Shown here: positions 14,250 through 17,744 of the stretch, in pieces
How positions within the stretch are numbered: the stretch's first letter is position 1
Layout of the letters: each line of letters opens with the position of its first letter
Source of the DNA: Candidatus Micrarchaeota archaeon
GTDB lineage: Archaea; Micrarchaeota; Micrarchaeia; Anstonellales; Anstonellaceae
NCBI GenBank assembly: GCA_013331805.1
Contig: DUFS01000028.1
Coordinates: 1-17,744 of the forward strand
DNA length: 17,744 nt
Direction: 5' to 3'
Made by a program: the position numbers and the translations under genes
Notes under the pieces: model-generated
The model's database searches: none
Seen by the model: only the letters and a program-made list of their open reading frames with translations
What the model was told of the DNA's origin: nothing

Positions 14250-15662
14250 TCACTTTATCTTCTGCTTCCTTATCCAGCCGACATTGCTCCTATAAAAGTC
14301 GCGGATGTCGTCCATGTCGTTGAGGAGCATGAGGGGCCGCTCGAGCGAAAGGCCCCAGGCAAGAACCGGGTAGCGGCTGCAGAGCGGAAGGGATACTTCC
14401 GGCCTGAAAATCCCGGCGCCGCCAAGCTCCAGCCACTGCTTTTTCTTCTCAAAGTAAACCGAAACTTCGAGCGAGGGCTCGGTATAGGGGAAGTAGGAGG
14501 GCTGGAAGCGGATTTTTTTGAATCCAAGCTTGCGGTAGAATTCCTTCAGGCAGCCCAATAGGTCGCGGAAGGTCGCCTTTTCGAAGACCACAATGCCCTC
14601 CACCTGGAAGAATTCGGCCAGGTGCTTGTAGTCTGTTGCCTCGTTCCGGTAGACTTTCCCGATTGAGAAATATTTCTTTGGCGTTTTGCCTTGGCAGTGT
14701 CTGTAGAGGTAAGCTGCCGACACGGCGGTTGTGTGCGTCCGAAGCACGGTTTTTTCCGCGTTTTCCTCCAGCCAGCTGCCGCCCCAGCTTTTTTCATGGA
14801 CTTTCTTGACTCGGGAAACCATTGCCTTGTCAGAAGGCAGAATCGATGCGGCTTTCAGGTAGAACGTGTCAGCCAGGTCCCGGGCAGGGTGGTCCTGGGG
14901 CTGGAAAAGCGCGTCGAAATTCCAAAATGAAGACTGTATCTCCGGGCCCTGCATCTCCTCAAAGCCCATTTCCACGAAAATGCCTGCGATTTTCCTCTTC
15001 AGCCTGGAAACCATGTGCCGCTTTGCAATCGGCGGGATTTCGACAGGCGCGGAAGCGTCGTATTTCCTGAAGGATGACTTTTTCCAGGAGCCTGAAAGGA
15101 GCATCTCCCGGGTGAGCAGGTTGATTTCCTCCCCCCTGCCCCCTTCGCTTTTCAAAGCAGCCGAAACAGGCTCGAGACATAATGTTTTGGCAACAGTGGC
15201 CTGTGCAAGCTTTCTCTTGAGGAGAACCGCCTCCTCATCTGATGAGATTTTTTCCCCATCCGAAACCTTGCGAAGGGCAAGCCTCAGATGGTATTCCCCT
15301 TGAGGGGCATTGAGAAGCTGAAACGAGCCCTGCTTGAGCGCCACCCAGCCGTTCTTCATAGCCCAATTGACGCCTGCGGACTTTTCCTCTGGGGAGAGTG
15401 AAAGCGCGCTTTTTCCCTGCTTGGCGCATGAGAGAACCCTTTCCTCTGGCAAGCCAACCGAGAGGCACCTTTTGCCGTCTTCCGTGAGCCTGATGCCCCT
15501 TTCCTCCTGGTGGGTCACTTTCGCCAAGCCCTTTTCCCTCAAGTTTTCCGAAAAGGACAGCACTGAGGAAAGCGGGATTCCGGATTTTTCCGAAAGCTCC
15601 TGCGCGGTCATTTTCGAGCCGAGATACGAAAGCATTCTGGATTCGATTTGGTGGAGGGCCAT
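14250..15662 (-). CDS. pheS: Phenylalanine--tRNA ligase alpha subunit (archaeal/eukaryotic long form)
   Basis: FWNFDALFQPQDHPARDLADTFY, LRTHTT, YRNEATDYKHLAEFFQVEG, YFPYTEPS, ELGGAGIFRPEV, AWGLSLER. Confidence 0.97.
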   Translation of the reverse strand: MALHQIESRMLSYLGSKMTAQELSEKSGIPLSSVLSFSENLREKGLAKVTHQEERGIRLTEDGKRCLSVGLPEERVLSCAKQGKSALSLSPEEKSAGVNWAMKNGWVALKQGSFQLLNAPQGEYHLRLALRKVSDGEKISSDEEAVLLKRKLAQATVAKTLCLEPVSAALKSEGGRGEEINLLTREMLLSGSWKKSSFRKYDASAPVEIPPIAKRHMVSRLKRKIAGIFVEMGFEEMQGPEIQSSFWNFDALFQPQDHPARDLADTFYLKAASILPSDKAMVSRVKKVHEKSWGGSWLEENAEKTVLRTHTTAVSAAYLYRHCQGKTPKKYFSIGKVYRNEATDYKHLAEFFQVEGIVVFEKATFRDLLGCLKEFYRKLGFKKIRFQPSYFPYTEPSLEVSVYFEKKKQWLELGGAGIFRPEVSLPLCSRYPVLAWGLSLERPLMLLNDMDDIRDFYRSNVGWIRKQKIK

Positions 15663-15665
15663 GCT

Positions 15666-16517
15666 TCACCTGCTTATCCTGTTGAAACCCAAGATGGAGG
15701 ATGCTGCAATTGCAAGGAGGAATATCGCGGGAAACCCCTGCGGGCCCAGGAAGAACTGGACCACGAAATTCTGCGAGCTTTGGAAGAAATCTATTACTTC
15801 GCTTTCGAGCGGTGACTCTATTTCGTAGCTGAACTGGAATTTCGAAAGGGTGTCGCCCTGCCAGTTGAATATTCTTGTCGAGCCCGTGTAAAAGCGCAGG
15901 TTGGCGGACTGGTCATAGCGGAAGCTCTCGCTTTCGTCCTCCAGGTTCTGCGGAAGGCTGGAAAAGTAGATTTTCTCGGCTGCCTGGGGTATTGAAATGG
16001 AAATCGTTGTCCCTGACGGGAGCACCAGGTCGCCGGTCTTGGTCTGCTCAAAGGAGAGCGCATCCTGCTGCAACGAGTACTTTGCTGTGCGGGGCTTGTA
16101 GCGGTCGACCTTGACCAGGCCCGATCCGTTTGCGCTTGCAGGCACGGCATAATCTATCAAGACGGTTGCGCGGCAGGTGCCCACAAAGGAATTGCAGCTC
16201 TCAAGCGACTGGGGGATGACGCGGATGTTCGTGATGTCCGTATTCACTCGGGAAATGTGGTGGCGCATCTCGGAAAGCTTGGTCCGGTTCTTCCAGGTGG
16301 CAATGTCCGAGTATGCCGCGCGGGTGGCCTCGTAAAGCTCGCGCGAGGGAGTGCCCGAAATTAAGAGGGCAATCTTCTCCTCCACATTCGCTCCCCCGTC
16401 CCTGTTTATGTTCACCTGCACCTCAAGTGACCTCATGGAAAAATCGGCATAGGTGACTGTGGAAAAAAGGGCTGCTGCAAGCAGGAAAGCCGCCAATTTC
16501 AACGTCGGGCGCTTCAT
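15666..16517 (-). CDS. Hypothetical secreted protein with C-terminal membrane anchor
   Basis: Signal peptide MKRPTLKLAAFLLAAALF, beta-rich body and C-terminal TM. Its stop overlaps the GGTGA SD of pheS. ATG 16538 is an alternative start. Confidence 0.7.
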   Translation of the reverse strand: MKRPTLKLAAFLLAAALFSTVTYADFSMRSLEVQVNINRDGGANVEEKIALLISGTPSRELYEATRAAYSDIATWKNRTKLSEMRHHISRVNTDITNIRVIPQSLESCNSFVGTCRATVLIDYAVPASANGSGLVKVDRYKPRTAKYSLQQDALSFEQTKTGDLVLPSGTTISISIPQAAEKIYFSSLPQNLEDESESFRYDQSANLRFYTGSTRIFNWQGDTLSKFQFSYEIESPLESEVIDFFQSSQNFVVQFFLGPQGFPAIFLLAIAASSILGFNRISR

Positions 16518-16540
16518 GGGAAGCTTTCGGAGTAACATGT

Positions 16541-16548
16541 ATTTAAAT
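16541..16548. promoter_or_regulatory. Palindromic TATA box ATTTAAAT shared by divergent genes
   Basis: Lies 24 nt from ATG 16517 (minus strand) and 23 nt from ATG 16571 (plus strand). Confidence 0.55.
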
Positions 16549-16570
16549 CTGAGGCGGAAAAAATGTAAAC

Positions 16571-17242
16571 ATGCGATCGATCGTGTATCTTGGGCATTCG
16601 TGCTTCCAGGTGCGGCTGGGAAACATCGTCATGCTTTTCAATCCGGCATCGGCCGACCTTCTGGGGGGGAAGAAAAGAATGCAAAAGTCAGGCCTCAACC
16701 CGCGCACGGTCCGCGAGTGCGACCTCATATTCCTTTCCAACGAGGATCCGGCAAACTGCGAACCGGACACAGTGAAGGAGATTTCCGAGCGGGCGTTTTC
16801 TTCAGTGGTCGCGCCCAAGCCCGCGCTTGCAAAGATCGGGGTCTCGGACCGCTTCAAAATAGACGTCAGGACTGGCGACAAGTTCTCGGTAAAGGGAATC
16901 GACATTGAAGTCGTGAAGGCGGTGCACCCCCAGGTACAGTATCCGGTTGGCTACATTGTGAAAGGCGACGGGCTCACCATCTACCATGCAGGGGACACGT
17001 ACAGCTTTACGGACATGGCAAGGATAAAGTGCGACGTGGCACTGGTCCCGATCGGCGGCGGCTCGGTGATGGACCCTTTTGCAGCAAACTCCGCAGTCAA
17101 GGAGATGCGGCCCAAGGTGGCTGTGCCCATGTGCTACAACACTTTCGAAACGATACAGCAGGACCCGAACGAGTTTGTGAATGATTTGGGCGGGCTCACC
17201 AAGGGAGTCGCCCTCAAAATCGGCCAGGAGATACGCCTTTAA
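16571..17242 (+). CDS. MBL-fold metallo-hydrolase homologue (UPF0173-like) with a degenerate metal-binding motif
   Basis: YLGHSCF, CDLIFLS, AVH, GYIV, IYHAGDT, DVALVPIGG..MDP..A, PMCYNTF. Confidence 0.85.
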   Translation: MRSIVYLGHSCFQVRLGNIVMLFNPASADLLGGKKRMQKSGLNPRTVRECDLIFLSNEDPANCEPDTVKEISERAFSSVVAPKPALAKIGVSDRFKIDVRTGDKFSVKGIDIEVVKAVHPQVQYPVGYIVKGDGLTIYHAGDTYSFTDMARIKCDVALVPIGGGSVMDPFAANSAVKEMRPKVAVPMCYNTFETIQQDPNEFVNDLGGLTKGVALKIGQEIRL

Positions 17243-17284
17243 AATGCGTTCTGTTTCAAACTAACTTCTCTTCGGAGGGATAAC

Positions 17285-17686
17285 ATGATAACCAGCATAA
17301 GAATAAGCAAGGTCGAGGCGACAAGGAACAAGGAGGACGAGATTTCAGGCCTCAACGTGAACATTTCTGTGGACTCGGTAACCGTCAAGGGAAGCGACAT
17401 CGCAATCAACTTCAACTATTCCGTTGCCTATGCAGAAGACGTGGGCGAGCTCAAGATGTGGGGCGTGGTCACCTCGCGCGAGGACGCGAAGATGTCCAAG
17501 GAGATCGCGGACAGGTGGGCAAAGGAAAAGAGGCTGCCCGACGCGTTTGCCGAACTTGTGTTGAACGCGATAAACTACGCCTGCGGCACCAACGGAGTGC
17601 TTGTGGTGAGGGCAATCAACCTTTCCCCGCCAATAATGCCGCCGCGGATCCAGATAGGCAACCAGCCGCCGGGCAAGAGCAACTAG
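17285..17686 (+). CDS. Conserved archaeal hypothetical protein
   Basis: 133-aa ORF with core-like codon usage, SD GGAGG, beta-strands then helices, and C-terminal INLSPPIMPPRI. Confidence 0.7.
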   Translation: MITSIRISKVEATRNKEDEISGLNVNISVDSVTVKGSDIAINFNYSVAYAEDVGELKMWGVVTSREDAKMSKEIADRWAKEKRLPDAFAELVLNAINYACGTNGVLVVRAINLSPPIMPPRIQIGNQPPGKSN

Positions 17687-17715
17687 TTTTTTTCGATTTT
17701 TCGTTTTTCTCTTCC
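17687..17715 (+). terminator. Oligo-T terminator
   Basis: TTTTTTTCGATTTTTCGTTTTTCTCTT directly follows the stop codon. Confidence 0.6.
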
Positions 17716-17744
17716 CCTTACTGAGCAATTTTTAAACACTTCGC

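Noticed and set aside
14084..14323. 79-aa plus-strand ORF
   Set aside because: It is the antisense shadow of the IS3 transposase remnant.
5938..17728. Many 60-234 aa ORFs antisense to or overlapping guaAB, TET, rnz, pheS and others
   Set aside because: They are shadow ORFs of well-supported genes and carry no recognisable motifs.
1..17744. CRISPR array or defence operon
   Set aside because: No regularly spaced repeats and no recognisable cas or restriction genes.

Overview
Archaeal chromosomal window. The evidence is archaeal-type PheS, split GuaAA/GuaAB, a TET peptidase, TrmB, class III signal peptides, TATA promoters and an intron-containing tRNA; a DPANN/Micrarchaeota-like origin is my inference only. 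Housekeeping genes (guaAA, guaAB, M42 peptidase, rnz, pheS, tRNA-Leu(CAA)) are mixed with many surface-protein genes. These include two tandem type IV pilin genes sharing a 204-bp 100%-identical 5' block ahead of divergent C-terminal domains, and a four-gene minor-pilin-like operon. Mobile DNA comprises an intact IS5/IS903-like element (12-bp TIRs, 9-bp TSD) and a 3' remnant of an IS3-family element. The most interesting items are: (1) the constant/variable pilin pair; (2) a TrmB regulator, a perfect palindromic operator and a divergent orphan enzyme that resembles the PvcA/Dit1 or CDPS Rossmann-like fold; (3) a hairpin-rich 60-bp unit bounded by a duplicate of the tRNA 3' end; and (4) an MBL-fold protein that has lost its HxHxDH motif.
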